Part shown: one piece after another, positions 9,068-20,094 of the stretch
Position numbering within the stretch: the stretch's first letter is position 1
How the letters are laid out: every line of letters begins with the position of its first letter
IMG/VR virus record: IMGVR_UViG_3300014152_000001
Span: 1-64,000 of that record
From: a virus
Length of the DNA: 64,000 nt
Strand: one strand, 5' to 3'
The notes under the pieces: model-generated
Told to the model about the DNA's origin: nothing
The model's database searches: none
The model's input: the letters and a program-made list of their open reading frames with translations, nothing else
Made by a program: the position numbers and the translations under genes

Positions 9068-11169
9068 TTCCTTTCGATTCGGCCACCTATACCACACAGA
9101 ATGGTAAGGTCAAGATGAAGGTCTATAGGAATGGAGAGGTCGAACTCATAGACCCTGACCCCATGCCTTATTGCTATGCGCCAGCCAAATACGAAATCCA
9201 GACACAAGCCAAGATGACGAGGACAGATATGAGGACTTTCGATACAGGAGAGAGCGTGAAGAGATACACCTTTCCACAACCTATGAACGTAAAGGCGTTC
9301 CGCACTTGGCAAGAGGGCAAGGGCATTCCCGTCTATGAAGCCGACAAAAAGTATGTGGGAGTTTGGATGGCAGACAACGGGTTCGTATGCGATGACTATC
9401 CCAACCAAGCCTCATGGGACACAGAAGAGGACGACTCCAAGTCCAAGCCCGACCCAGAGACGGCCAACGTTCCGATAACGGCTATAGGCATAGTCTATAA
9501 GGGACAGAAGTATGCGTGGACGGGCATCGAGAAAGAGATTCTTAAGGGAGCAGTAGACTTCATAGCAGAGAACAAGATTACTATGTTGAAGGGATGGAAC
9601 ACCCACTTCTGGGACGTTCCCTTCTTTTCCAAGAGGCTGGCTTACGCAGGCATCAAGTTCGACTTTAGTTCCGTCAGATTCCTAGACCTAGCCCTCTGCT
9701 ATCGTTTCATGGAGAAGAACTTCAGGAGCCAGTGGTCGCTGGAGAAGGTGGGTAGGAGATTGCTCAATGAGCAAAAGCCCTTCGTCAACACTAGACTCAG
9801 CACCCTGCCGCCAGAGCAACTAAAGGAGAGAGTCCTGTGGGATGCGAAAATGACGGAGAAGATAGACGCTAAGAAGGGATATACCGGAGTGGCCATACAA
9901 CTGGCCAAGCAGGGTCATATCTTTCCAGACCAGATATTTGGAATCCATCCCATCAAGAAATCCATCACCATCACCCCCGTCCTAGACCAATACTTCTTGA
10001 AGTATGCCCACAAGATTAACTATGTCTTGCCTTGCAAGTCGGGATATAAGCAGAGGCCCAAATATACAGGAGCATGGGTCGAAGTCTTCGAGCAGGGGTT
10101 CTTTGAAGATGTGCTACAGTTCGATGTGGACTCCCTGTATCCCAACATCATCCTAGCGTATAAGTTGGCCCCGTTGGGTAGGTTCGACTTGGTTGAACCC
10201 ATCGTCAGAGACCTGCTTGCTGGCAAGAGGAACGCCAAAGACGAGGTAGAGAGATGGGCATATAAGATTACCGTCAATGCCTTATACGGTCTCTTCGCCA
10301 GTTCCTATTACCGATTCAAGGCCGTAGAAGTGGCAGACAGTATAACCTATCACGGCAGAGACATAGTTACCCATACAGCAGAGTTTCTAAGAAGTATGGG
10401 TTATACGGTCTACTACATAGATACGGACTCCTGCTTCGTGAAGGGCAAATTCGGTGAAGCAGAGACCATAAGAGACATGATGAACTCTTATGTGGCCAAG
10501 ACATACAATGTAGATAACATCAAATTCGGGATGGAGAACCATTGGAGTCTGCTCGGATTCCCAAGGGGGGCCAAGGGCGAGAAGACCAAGAAGCGTTACT
10601 ATGGTATAGTCCATGTCAACAAGAAAGGTGAAGTGGTGGACAAGTTTGAAGAGGCTGGCATGGAAGGCTTGCGTGGGGATTGGTGTGAGTTGGCGAGGAA
10701 CGTGCAAGACACCATAAAGAGGTTCCAAGTCACCAAAGTCCCGAAGGAGAAGATGGTGGAGTTCTATGAGGATACAAAAGTCAGACTCTACAAGGGACTT
10801 TACGACCCCCTTCTGGTCATGGAGAAACATATGGGGAAGGATGTCTCAGAGTATGGTCAGATGAAGAAGGACGAGAAGACGGGAAAGATGCGGAAGATGC
10901 CTACCCCACAACACGTTAAGGCTTTACGAGATGCGATGGAACATGGGTGGGTTCCCAGTGATATGGTCCAATATGGTGTGGTCCAATACTATATGTGCAG
11001 AGGAGCCATACCCAAACTGGTCAATCTAGTAAGGCTGGGTGAGATAGACTATGCTTGGTATTGCTCCCATCAGATAGACCCCATAGTTTGGCGATTGGGA
11101 ATAATCGAACAGATGAGCAAATATAAGAAGGAGAAGGTTATAGCGGAAGACCAGTCTACCTTAGACTAA
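9061..11169 (+). CDS. polB: Family B DNA polymerase
   Basis: Exo motifs WDTEE and GWN..FWD.PF; DVDSLYPNI, KITVNALYG, YIDTDS. Confidence 0.96.
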   Translation: MVVPFDSATYTTQNGKVKMKVYRNGEVELIDPDPMPYCYAPAKYEIQTQAKMTRTDMRTFDTGESVKRYTFPQPMNVKAFRTWQEGKGIPVYEADKKYVGVWMADNGFVCDDYPNQASWDTEEDDSKSKPDPETANVPITAIGIVYKGQKYAWTGIEKEILKGAVDFIAENKITMLKGWNTHFWDVPFFSKRLAYAGIKFDFSSVRFLDLALCYRFMEKNFRSQWSLEKVGRRLLNEQKPFVNTRLSTLPPEQLKERVLWDAKMTEKIDAKKGYTGVAIQLAKQGHIFPDQIFGIHPIKKSITITPVLDQYFLKYAHKINYVLPCKSGYKQRPKYTGAWVEVFEQGFFEDVLQFDVDSLYPNIILAYKLAPLGRFDLVEPIVRDLLAGKRNAKDEVERWAYKITVNALYGLFASSYYRFKAVEVADSITYHGRDIVTHTAEFLRSMGYTVYYIDTDSCFVKGKFGEAETIRDMMNSYVAKTYNVDNIKFGMENHWSLLGFPRGAKGEKTKKRYYGIVHVNKKGEVVDKFEEAGMEGLRGDWCELARNVQDTIKRFQVTKVPKEKMVEFYEDTKVRLYKGLYDPLLVMEKHMGKDVSEYGQMKKDEKTGKMRKMPTPQHVKALRDAMEHGWVPSDMVQYGVVQYYMCRGAIPKLVNLVRLGEIDYAWYCSHQIDPIVWRLGIIEQMSKYKKEKVIAEDQSTLD

Positions 11170-11560
11170 ATATTCGTTTTTTCCATTGACAATTCCAACA
11201 CAAGTCTTGGAATCCAGAGGGAAAGTTATTTCTCTTGAGCCAAAGATAGAATGAACTACCATATCCAATCGTTTTACGTTCTTTTGTTCCACCATCATTG
11301 ATGTGGTCTACAGTAAGACAATCTATATCGGTAAGCATGGGGTCATTAGGTAAATGCAAATGAAAAGGGTCTGCACAAACTGGATATGGCTTAGTAGAGT
11401 AATGTGTAAGGACTTCAACTTTCAGGTCGTGCCTCTCTTTCCGAGTTTTGAGATTGGCTTCCTTCTTATGCTTACTATACCATGTTTTGAAATATCCTCT
11501 CCATTTGCTTCTATTTTTCTCATAGTAATCCTTATGATAGTTAGAATCCATAGAAGTCAC
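11156..11560 (-). CDS. HNH-like endonuclease, paralog 3
   Basis: TVDHINDGG...FYLWLKRNNFPSGFQDLCWNCQ. Confidence 0.82.
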   Translation of the reverse strand: MTSMDSNYHKDYYEKNRSKWRGYFKTWYSKHKKEANLKTRKERHDLKVEVLTHYSTKPYPVCADPFHLHLPNDPMLTDIDCLTVDHINDGGTKERKTIGYGSSFYLWLKRNNFPSGFQDLCWNCQWKKRIFSLR

Positions 11561-11808
11561 TTATATGCGGCTGGAAGTGGAGTGGCGTTCTCGTCTTTTT
11601 GCATGGCACTCTCAGTGGTCTTTATGAACTCATCGAAATTGTGAGCGTTGAGTAGGGTCATCTCCAAGTCGGCCTTGTAGTTGGCCATAATGACACCCAT
11701 CTTCCTCTCTTGGTCCTTGATGACACCAAATGCTCCTATTAGAAGCAGTGTGTCAAAGAGAGTAATCGCACCAAACAGAATCAAAAGAACCAGAGATACA
11801 ATGTCCAA
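11557..11808 (-). CDS. Membrane-anchored small protein
   Basis: N-terminal TM; gaatctttaaatag promoter. Confidence 0.65.
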   Translation of the reverse strand: MDIVSLVLLILFGAITLFDTLLLIGAFGVIKDQERKMGVIMANYKADLEMTLLNAHNFDEFIKTTESAMQKDENATPLPAAYK

Positions 11809-11848
11809 GGGATATGGTATATACCCTTCCTCGAACTATTTAAAGATT

Positions 11849-12250
11849 CTAACCGTCTGTTTGGGTTAGAGTCACATCTACGGTGTAGTAGAGAGGTTGG
11901 CCACCAGTATGCGAAGGACTGGCCTGAGTAACCCTTACATTATAGGACACGCCTTCAGCGTCTACAAGTATCTGGTCTAAGCCCTGCATACCCGCAAGCA
12001 GGGTCTCGATGTCCTCTCCACCGTATTGTGGAATGCCGCCAATCAATGTGAACTGTTGAGGAACAGCAATACTCAATGAGAACTCGGTATTAAACGACCC
12101 CATAATCAGTGAAACATCGGAAAAGGCTTGGACTCTCGAATAAGTCCTCAACTTGGCCTTCTTGCTCTCATCAAAGGTGGCTACCTCTAGAAGGATAGGG
12201 CTCCCATAAGGAATACCAGCAATGACGGACTGAAGCGTAATCTGAGTCAT
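11849..12250 (-). CDS. Putative tail (distal tail-like) protein
   Basis: Position at the end of the tail module; YYTVDVTLTQ beta-strand C-terminus. Confidence 0.5.
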   Translation of the reverse strand: MTQITLQSVIAGIPYGSPILLEVATFDESKKAKLRTYSRVQAFSDVSLIMGSFNTEFSLSIAVPQQFTLIGGIPQYGGEDIETLLAGMQGLDQILVDAEGVSYNVRVTQASPSHTGGQPLYYTVDVTLTQTDG

Positions 12251-12286
12251 CAGACAGTGAATGGTTGAAGCCCCTTATATACCTTA

Positions 12287-14221
12287 TCACAAAGAGTTTA
12301 TGTTGTAAATGGCATCTTGAGCAAGAATCATAGGTGCTCCTTTGTAGACTAACAATGAGAGTGTGCCGGGTGCTGTAAACTGCGTTTCACTGTCTGGAAG
12401 ATGCTTGGTTGCCGCTAGAGTCCAAGCGGGATAGTTGTAAATGTAGATTGTAGTAGGATTCGTCTTTGTCGCTACATATACTTCGTTACCAATAAGCGTC
12501 AGACTGCCTTCGATGTCTGTTTGGTTTGGAACCTGAAGAATGGTAGAGTGAGTAATATTTACTCCAGACACCCCTAATCTGTAGATACTTCCGCGAGTGC
12601 CTTGACCAACATTGCCACTACCAGTGTAAATGGAGCCACCAAAATAGGCAATGTCTGTTCTTGATAGGTCAAGCGTAGAATAGGCCACCAAATTCAAATT
12701 AGTATCGAGAACACAAGTAGTGATATTAGCACCACCATTATAGATACCATCGGCCCACCAGATATAGGTTCCATCAAAATTTATTTGTCCCGCAGAAGAC
12801 ACACCAATATGCCAAAAAACGTTCTTTTGAACAGTTAACGTGGGGTCAAACTGAAACAGGTCTCCCGCACCAGTTCCAAAATAAACATCACCACCAGCCG
12901 CTATGGTCATAAGTCCGGTACAACCTTCGCCAAATGGAACCTCAAGAGAGGCCGCAAGACTCATATCACTTGGGTTTAGTTTGTAGATATAGCCGGGAAT
13001 GCCGCTAACCGTATCAGTGGTATAGCCACCATACAAATAGAGCCCATCATACCAAAGATTATAGGCGTTGTTAGCGATTCCTACATAACTGGGGTCGAAT
13101 GTAGCAACAACGTTGCCAAGTGGGTCTATCTTATGAATCTTACCACTATCCGAGTAACTATGGGTAGAAACATAGAAGTAGATTCCATCTGTAACCATCT
13201 TAAGACCCGGAAAGCCTACTGGAAGAAGAACGATGGGTGGCGGTGGTATCGGGACTATTGGACAAGTGAGGTCTATATTCACTTCATTGTCTGCCTTTAT
13301 CAGAGAGAAGGAAACATCATACAACTGTTGACCTGTAGCAGTCACAGCAAGAGAGTCCGAACTTGGAAGGGGCACACCGACCCACCCGGCCTCACTGTGT
13401 CTTTTCACATCGCTAAGGTATCCAGTGGCTTGTTGAGTAGGAGTGACGAGTTCCAGAGGGATGCTCTTGTTGAGTTTGTCCTTCAACCAAGCATAGGTTG
13501 TAGTAGGAGCCTTTGGTATCACTACCGTTTTAGACCTGCTTGTGATGCCCAACTGTTGGATGATGTCATAACTATTGAGGATGGTCTGAGATTGAGTCTT
13601 CTTGGGGATGGAGACGTTCAGACTTAATCCACCTTGATTGATGTAATCACTAGACCCTAGAGCCACATAGTCTACGATGGCTCCATTGCTACAATGCATC
13701 CTAACTCCCCAAACAGGGCCATCGGTATAGTGGCCATCAAGATAGAAAGCAGGAATCGAGTAATGAGTATACAGAGAAGAGTCCAAAGAGATGGGACCAA
13801 AGGTTCCATCAGGAAGTGCAGAGAGAGTGCTATCCAAAAGAACAACGTAAAGATTAGAGGTTCCAAAACCAGAGTTCTTTGCCCTGATTCTCACATAGCC
13901 GATAATGTCAGTCGGAATCCCGACTGGAAAGTCTTTCTCTACCTCAATATTGCTCGGAAGATAGAGTTCGTCTCCATTTGAGAGAGCAGGACTTTGAATA
14001 AGACTCATAGCCCCGTTTGTAACCACCCCACCCGTTAGAACATTGCCAGTCGAAGGGATGTTGCTACCAGTATTGGAAAAGGTGATGGCGTTTCCAATAG
14101 TGTTATCCCACCAACCAAGAGTCCCGTATCCAGCCGCAGGTTCGTGGTCAGCCTGACGGAAGGAATCGTCTTTCCAACAAAGTCGTCTTACCTCAAGACC
14201 AGCAGAAATGGTTGTAGACAT
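12287..14221 (-). CDS. Tail protein with C-terminal beta-propeller-like domain
   Basis: Repeated xDGxYxY/W blades; tail module context. Confidence 0.6.
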   Translation of the reverse strand: MSTTISAGLEVRRLCWKDDSFRQADHEPAAGYGTLGWWDNTIGNAITFSNTGSNIPSTGNVLTGGVVTNGAMSLIQSPALSNGDELYLPSNIEVEKDFPVGIPTDIIGYVRIRAKNSGFGTSNLYVVLLDSTLSALPDGTFGPISLDSSLYTHYSIPAFYLDGHYTDGPVWGVRMHCSNGAIVDYVALGSSDYINQGGLSLNVSIPKKTQSQTILNSYDIIQQLGITSRSKTVVIPKAPTTTYAWLKDKLNKSIPLELVTPTQQATGYLSDVKRHSEAGWVGVPLPSSDSLAVTATGQQLYDVSFSLIKADNEVNIDLTCPIVPIPPPPIVLLPVGFPGLKMVTDGIYFYVSTHSYSDSGKIHKIDPLGNVVATFDPSYVGIANNAYNLWYDGLYLYGGYTTDTVSGIPGYIYKLNPSDMSLAASLEVPFGEGCTGLMTIAAGGDVYFGTGAGDLFQFDPTLTVQKNVFWHIGVSSAGQINFDGTYIWWADGIYNGGANITTCVLDTNLNLVAYSTLDLSRTDIAYFGGSIYTGSGNVGQGTRGSIYRLGVSGVNITHSTILQVPNQTDIEGSLTLIGNEVYVATKTNPTTIYIYNYPAWTLAATKHLPDSETQFTAPGTLSLLVYKGAPMILAQDAIYNINSL

Positions 14222-14222
14222 T

Positions 14223-15344
14223 TTACGTCACCACAATCACAACATAAGCAGAAGCAGTCACTCCATTGGCATCTGTTCCGGTTACTTTGATAGTGGCATG
14301 GCGTTCATAGAGAAACATAGAAGTAGGAGAAGCCGTGCCATTCAATTTGATATGAAGTCGGATTCTCGGAGTTGAAGGATTGTCTCTTGTGAAAGCGGGA
14401 GCAGGAGTCAAAACGGGCCAAGCATTAGTCCCACCACAAGAGGGGAAATTGTTGAATTGGTCATAGTCGGGTGCACCACCGCCTTCTTTACCAAACATAG
14501 ATGCGGTTTCATCGAAAATGGTGCTATTGAAAATGTTGAAACTGACCGTAATTGGTGTAAGTTCTGCGTCAGCAGGTAGGGCAGGTTCAAGCGGATACCA
14601 CTGAAAATAGAGGTCAGTTGGGCCGCCATTTTTTGGAAGACTGATACTGTTCGTGTAATTGCCGTCAGCATCAACTTCAAACACACCCAAACCATAGGTC
14701 TGGACGCTTGGCATCACAACCAAAGTGAAACTACATGAAGCATAAGTATTGGGAGTGACTGTTGTATCGGTTGCATAGATAGTAACTTGATAAGAAGGCG
14801 GGTGAGCAGAATTGATACTTCCACCAGTGGTGGTAGGATTAATCCAAAGGGTCACATAGTTGTAGGGTGAGTAGGTATTAAGCGGGTTTTGATAGATACC
14901 AAGAACTACCTTATTGGGAGTAAGAATAAGAGGGCCACCCCCCGGTGCAAGGATTGTTCCCGGCCATCCAAAATTGACGTTATCCCATGCTCCGGCAAAA
15001 GTCATATTGGCCGCACTCGTGCCAATCTCAAGAGGCAAGGCAACTCCATCAGCAGGGACGGTAGTGTAGTCATCTACTGGAAGAGTAGTTGTATCAGAAT
15101 TAACTCTGGCATCTATCTTCAGAATGAAGTAAGAGATGGTTAGAGGATGGTCGAATCCCTTTATCGCTGAGATGTAAAGAGTAACTGAATCTTTGGTCGT
15201 TCCATTCGGATTCACTACATCTGCACCATAAGGCGGATTATGAAGCGAAGGCGGGTTAGCAGGAACCGTATAGTTCTGGGGCACCTGAATCATCTGATTG
15301 TCTACGCCTATCTGGAAGTCGGCTGAAACAATGGGAACGGCCAT
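14223..15344 (-). CDS. Virion protein with Ig-like repeats
   Basis: Two repeats ending YQVTIYATD..ASCSFTLVV and IKVTGTDANG..ASAYVVIVV. Confidence 0.55.
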   Translation of the reverse strand: MAVPIVSADFQIGVDNQMIQVPQNYTVPANPPSLHNPPYGADVVNPNGTTKDSVTLYISAIKGFDHPLTISYFILKIDARVNSDTTTLPVDDYTTVPADGVALPLEIGTSAANMTFAGAWDNVNFGWPGTILAPGGGPLILTPNKVVLGIYQNPLNTYSPYNYVTLWINPTTTGGSINSAHPPSYQVTIYATDTTVTPNTYASCSFTLVVMPSVQTYGLGVFEVDADGNYTNSISLPKNGGPTDLYFQWYPLEPALPADAELTPITVSFNIFNSTIFDETASMFGKEGGGAPDYDQFNNFPSCGGTNAWPVLTPAPAFTRDNPSTPRIRLHIKLNGTASPTSMFLYERHATIKVTGTDANGVTASAYVVIVVT

Positions 15345-15383
15345 GCTAAGATTCTAAGGCGGTTGAGGGCTTATAAAGATTGC

Positions 15384-18300
15384 TCAAACTGGATAGCGGA
15401 AGGGCGGATATGTCCTCTGGACTATAGGATTGTAAGTGATAGACGTAGCAGGATTGAAGTTGGACGTATTCGAGATAGAGGCAGTCTTCGCAGGATTGGG
15501 ATGGAAAGAGACGTTTAAGAACGTCTGGTAAGTGTTGTTGTCGGCCCCAACGTATGGGCCATCATAGAGACCAAGAATGGCTCCTGTTGGCGTATAACTT
15601 CCATCATCTGTAAAAGATGTTGTGGTCACGTTTACATCTGTTCCGCCATCCTGAAGTAGATTGTAAGAGGCTTCTAACTGTGGTGAGAGGGGGTCGCCCA
15701 CACTATATGGCCCTGCCCGATAGATGTAATAACTCTGAGCCTCTGGAACGGTTGGCCACGAGATTTCAATCGCACCCAATACTATCTGATAGGGGTCGCC
15801 AACAACAAGGGTGTAAGGAAATGGGTGAGCAGGGTCAGTAGAGATGCTGTGAGTGCCATTGTCAACAATCAATCTATACTCCCCTGCATTGGCCGCAGGT
15901 GGAGTGTATGTTAACCATAGATTTTGGCTTACTCCTGCTATAAGACCAAACTCGTGTGCTACCCATCCTGTTACACCACTATCTTGTAAGACCGTAGTAG
16001 AAGAACCTGCGGTAGCAGTTGCACCAGTATAGTTACCCGTCAAATCGGTAGTGGGCAAAATGCGGGGATAGTGATTAGCCGCATTGGTTCCACCATAGCC
16101 CGGAACTACTGCTACTGTTGGTGCTCCTGCGGCTGAATATTCAACCTCTGTTCCTGTAGGATTGACTGCGGTAATTACATACCAATAGGTATTACCGCCT
16201 ATCTGAGCATTGAGATTGGACAGAACACTCCCAGAAGCAGGATTTCCTGTGAATCCTACGCTTGGGGGATAGGGCTGAGTGAGAGGAAGACCAGTTGGAT
16301 AGGTTGCTGTTGAAAAGGTGAAAGACGGTGCATTCACAAATTTACAGAACCAGAACGTAATAGGACTGTCAGAACCACTGATGGGGGGATAGGTAGAGAT
16401 GTAGACGTTATATCCTACAACGAGAGGATTGGGCGATGCTACCCAAGTCATCGTGAAATCTGCAAAGCCATTTACTTTGATGGGTGGAGATATACCTAGT
16501 TCACTCCCATCTGCACCTACAGGACAATATAAGAACCAAGTTACATTGGCTCCCCCAGATGTTATGGTAACAGAGGGGGGCAAAAGAGTGGTAAACAACG
16601 GCACAGGACACCACATTTGAGTAGAAACGTTACGAAGCAAAATCATATATTGACCAGTCAACGAGCCAACGAAGGGAGCCGAATCCGTCTGCTGAACAAT
16701 GCTCCCAAAGATATGGGCCTTGGTTGCGGGAGCAACAGTCAAGATTGTATTGCCTAAATGACTTGATATTCCTGCCACCTGAAGGACTTCGGAACTTGCA
16801 GACGGCAATGAAGGTGGGTCATAGATTGTAATGTAATCGCCTGTCTCGATACCAGTAATATCGTTCAGAGTAAACGAATTGTCTCCTATTGAACTGGCAA
16901 GATTCAAATTGTGCGTGAAGGTGTAAACAAAGGTCTTGTGCGACTTGGAGAGCAGTGAGAGGATGTTGCTCTGCTGACCAAGAGCAATTATGTCATCAAA
17001 GATGGTCATCCCATCTGGTTGAATCACGGTCATCCAAGCATTGGTCGTAGAAGAGGATAGACCAGATGCAAGATTGTTTTCTGTCAAAAACTGATAAATC
17101 AGAACATCGTCTCCTTTAACCTGCTGACCAGTCCCATCTACCACACTTACGTTGTTAGGTATCACCTGAGCGTTCAATATGACAGGAAGAATAGCAGTAT
17201 CTACAACAGTGCCAACAGAGCCATCTATTGCTTGCTCATTCAATTGAGGACTGGCTTTGTTAGTTATGAAATCGGCACCCGCTTGATAGGTGGCTCCCCC
17301 TTCGGCCTGTCGTCCCCTTCCGAGCATGGTTTTGGCGGCTGGCTGGACGGTGGTATACATGAATTGCATTGCTCCCCCCACAGACCCTTTGTTCATAGTT
17401 ACCTCTTGCCATGCACCAATCGGAACATTCTGAACAGGGAAGGTGAGAGTAAGAGTGATGTCCTCGCCATCGGTAGGATTCCACGTTATGTCTATAGTCT
17501 TGATTCTGGCGGTAAAAGCAAGGACTATTTGATTATAGGGGAAAATACTGCTATAGGACGCTTCCAAAAGATTGCCGTTGCTATCCTCTACCACACCCTT
17601 AAGACTTGGAGCGTTCACCAGAATGTAGTCGCCTGCATACATGGTGTGAGTGCTGGCGTAAACGTAGTCTGGCTTTATCACGATGTTGGGGATAGGATGC
17701 TGGAAAAAGTTGATGCTCGTTCCCACATATCGAGCAATCTCCCCTTGGTCTACCACATTGGAAAGAGATTGGGTAGTCTGTTTCAATCCATACTCAGCAA
17801 TGCTTCTCTGGTTGTCTATCGGCAGAGTGACCACATCCGACCCTTGGAAACTGCCGCCAGTGAGAACGTAACTGTTGTTCATCACCGTATAGTCGTAAGT
17901 GAGGTCAATTGAAACGATGTTGTCGCCTTCGGAAAAGATTATGGTATCTATAGGACAATAGCCATTGTAGACCCCAAACTCAATATAACTCATTGGATAG
18001 GCAAGTTCATCAAGAGTCAAACCCGAAGGAGTAGGAGTTGGGCCACAAGTTCCAGTAACCCATTGTGGGTCGATAGAATTGTCTCCAAGACATATTCCAG
18101 TCCTGTTATTACCATTGCCCAACTTGCTGTGGGTAGGGTCAAAGAGCATGACAGTGACAGTGGGCAACATCTCATTATAGAGATTCGATAACGAGGTAGT
18201 TGTCTCTACAATCTCACCAGCATAGTGATTGTAGGCCAGAGGCAACGTAAAAAGAAGATTGGGCGAAGGAATGAAAACGGTCTGCACCGTCATGGTTTCC

Positions 18301-19175
18301 TGAGTCGTAAGTCCATAGCCGACATAGACTGTCTGACCCGAAGCAAAGCCACTTACAGAAGTGACATCAATGTTGGTGCTTCCCGACCCTATACTCGTTC
18401 TCACATACGTTTGAATAAGATTGATGGGATAGTCTCCGATGTCCAACCTATATTCTGAGAGAAACGGTTGACTTTGGTTTGCATTGAATAGAGCAGACTG
18501 AACCAACCGATTTATCACAGCATCAATGGACTGATATTGGATGTTCATGTTGTCGTTTACAACAATAGCATCAAAGTCGGTAAGATAGGGGGGTATGATT
18601 CCTACATTAATGTTGCCCGACCCATCTGGTAACAAATTAGCCAAATGAATGGTCGGAAGATGACCTGTAGAATAAGACCCTTGGAATGCACTCGAAACAA
18701 TGTCTGACCAAAGGACTCCAAAGTTCAGACCCAACGTTGGATTGAGGTAGACGAGGTAGGGGTTGGTATTGGGTTGAAGAGGCGGTGGACTCTTGCCTGC
18801 GATACCAAACAATCTGGTCTGGAACATATACCACAGACTGGCGACTTCAACCGTGGTGACGAGTGCATCGTCAGCAACGTGAAAAGTAGGATTCGTGGTC
18901 ATCCCTCTGAACTTGAGCGTAAGGGTTCCATCCGAGTTTACTCTATAAATGTAGACCTCTCTAGCCGATTGAATGGGCTGAATCCCAGCAAGAGTGATAG
19001 AAGCATTGTCTTCAGACGGAGCAATATTGCGTTGAAACTGAAGATTCGTAATAGGAACTGAAACAGAAGCGGGTGGAGAACCAACAGTCATTAGAAGGCT
19101 CGAAGTCGTGAAAGGCCCGGTATAAGAAGTGATGTCAGAGTCGTATGTAACTACATAGTTGATGTTGTTAGACAT
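15384..19175 (-). CDS. Large baseplate hub / tail tip protein
   Basis: 1263 aa directly after the tape measure; SIAEYGLK hub-like motif, FN3-like C-terminal repeats. Confidence 0.65.
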   Translation of the reverse strand: MSNNINYVVTYDSDITSYTGPFTTSSLLMTVGSPPASVSVPITNLQFQRNIAPSEDNASITLAGIQPIQSAREVYIYRVNSDGTLTLKFRGMTTNPTFHVADDALVTTVEVASLWYMFQTRLFGIAGKSPPPLQPNTNPYLVYLNPTLGLNFGVLWSDIVSSAFQGSYSTGHLPTIHLANLLPDGSGNINVGIIPPYLTDFDAIVVNDNMNIQYQSIDAVINRLVQSALFNANQSQPFLSEYRLDIGDYPINLIQTYVRTSIGSGSTNIDVTSVSGFASGQTVYVGYGLTTQETMTVQTVFIPSPNLLFTLPLAYNHYAGEIVETTTSLSNLYNEMLPTVTVMLFDPTHSKLGNGNNRTGICLGDNSIDPQWVTGTCGPTPTPSGLTLDELAYPMSYIEFGVYNGYCPIDTIIFSEGDNIVSIDLTYDYTVMNNSYVLTGGSFQGSDVVTLPIDNQRSIAEYGLKQTTQSLSNVVDQGEIARYVGTSINFFQHPIPNIVIKPDYVYASTHTMYAGDYILVNAPSLKGVVEDSNGNLLEASYSSIFPYNQIVLAFTARIKTIDITWNPTDGEDITLTLTFPVQNVPIGAWQEVTMNKGSVGGAMQFMYTTVQPAAKTMLGRGRQAEGGATYQAGADFITNKASPQLNEQAIDGSVGTVVDTAILPVILNAQVIPNNVSVVDGTGQQVKGDDVLIYQFLTENNLASGLSSSTTNAWMTVIQPDGMTIFDDIIALGQQSNILSLLSKSHKTFVYTFTHNLNLASSIGDNSFTLNDITGIETGDYITIYDPPSLPSASSEVLQVAGISSHLGNTILTVAPATKAHIFGSIVQQTDSAPFVGSLTGQYMILLRNVSTQMWCPVPLFTTLLPPSVTITSGGANVTWFLYCPVGADGSELGISPPIKVNGFADFTMTWVASPNPLVVGYNVYISTYPPISGSDSPITFWFCKFVNAPSFTFSTATYPTGLPLTQPYPPSVGFTGNPASGSVLSNLNAQIGGNTYWYVITAVNPTGTEVEYSAAGAPTVAVVPGYGGTNAANHYPRILPTTDLTGNYTGATATAGSSTTVLQDSGVTGWVAHEFGLIAGVSQNLWLTYTPPAANAGEYRLIVDNGTHSISTDPAHPFPYTLVVGDPYQIVLGAIEISWPTVPEAQSYYIYRAGPYSVGDPLSPQLEASYNLLQDGGTDVNVTTTSFTDDGSYTPTGAILGLYDGPYVGADNNTYQTFLNVSFHPNPAKTASISNTSNFNPATSITYNPIVQRTYPPFRYPV

Positions 19176-19177
19176 GG

Positions 19178-20080
19178 CTAGTAGACACCTCTCTGCCTCT
19201 GGGCTTGCAGTAGGGTCTTGGCCAAAGCACTCTCCACTTCCTGTCTCACCCTCGCCAAGTCCACATTGCTTGAAGCATTGATAGTAATCTGAACGTTTCC
19301 CATCCCTGACCCACCACCCTTTGGAACCACAGTCTCGCCCTGATGAAGTAGATAGGGGCCAGTTCTGGGAACATAGCCACCAGTTTGCATACCGGGGGCT
19401 GTAACATGAGGCACTGTCAATGCTTGATACGCTCCAATTCCCATTGCAAGTAGACCACCTACAAGTGGGATGGCCGCAAGTGCCATTCTCGCACTACTGT
19501 CAGCCGCATTCAGAGCCACAGTTCCTAAAGCAATATCAAACAAATTCAAAGAAGTTATCACTTCAGTAAAAGATGTGCTAATGGTCGCCAAATTCTTAGC
19601 CGTTGCAGTTATGTAATCATTGAGAGCCACAGTCTCGTTTTTCTTAGACTGCGTGTAAAGAGCACCAACATAACTTGCGGCTGTGCTTGCTCTTGTTGCC
19701 TGTTCTGTGCCAGCACCATAGACCTTGACAGCAGTTGCCTGCAAAGCGAGTGCTTGAGTATATCTATTCTGAGTCTGAATGACGTTGATTTGAGCATTAT
19801 ACAAATCCACCAACTCATCAATGTTACCAGAGACCATATCGGCTGTAGCATTGAAGATGGTTCGCCAACTATCTATAACAGTAGAGAACGTTTTCACTCC
19901 CTGAATGGCTCCAGTTGTGGTTGTGCTAAGTTTGTTTAACTCTTCAGAATACTCTCTGGCAAAGGTAGCATCTTTTTGGAAAGCCTCTGCAAGTTCGTTA
20001 GCACTTCCCATAGCAAGCAATGAGGCTTTACTAGCCCTAGTATAACCGCCACCAAGTCCAGTAGTATCGTCTTCACTCAT
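19178..20080 (-). CDS. Tape measure protein (short, 300 aa)
   Basis: Ala-rich helical; C-terminal MQTGGYVP.TG..LLHQGETVVP; follows the chaperone genes. Confidence 0.8.
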   Translation of the reverse strand: MSEDDTTGLGGGYTRASKASLLAMGSANELAEAFQKDATFAREYSEELNKLSTTTTGAIQGVKTFSTVIDSWRTIFNATADMVSGNIDELVDLYNAQINVIQTQNRYTQALALQATAVKVYGAGTEQATRASTAASYVGALYTQSKKNETVALNDYITATAKNLATISTSFTEVITSLNLFDIALGTVALNAADSSARMALAAIPLVGGLLAMGIGAYQALTVPHVTAPGMQTGGYVPRTGPYLLHQGETVVPKGGGSGMGNVQITINASSNVDLARVRQEVESALAKTLLQAQRQRGVY

Positions 20081-20094
20081 ACTACTCTATATGG

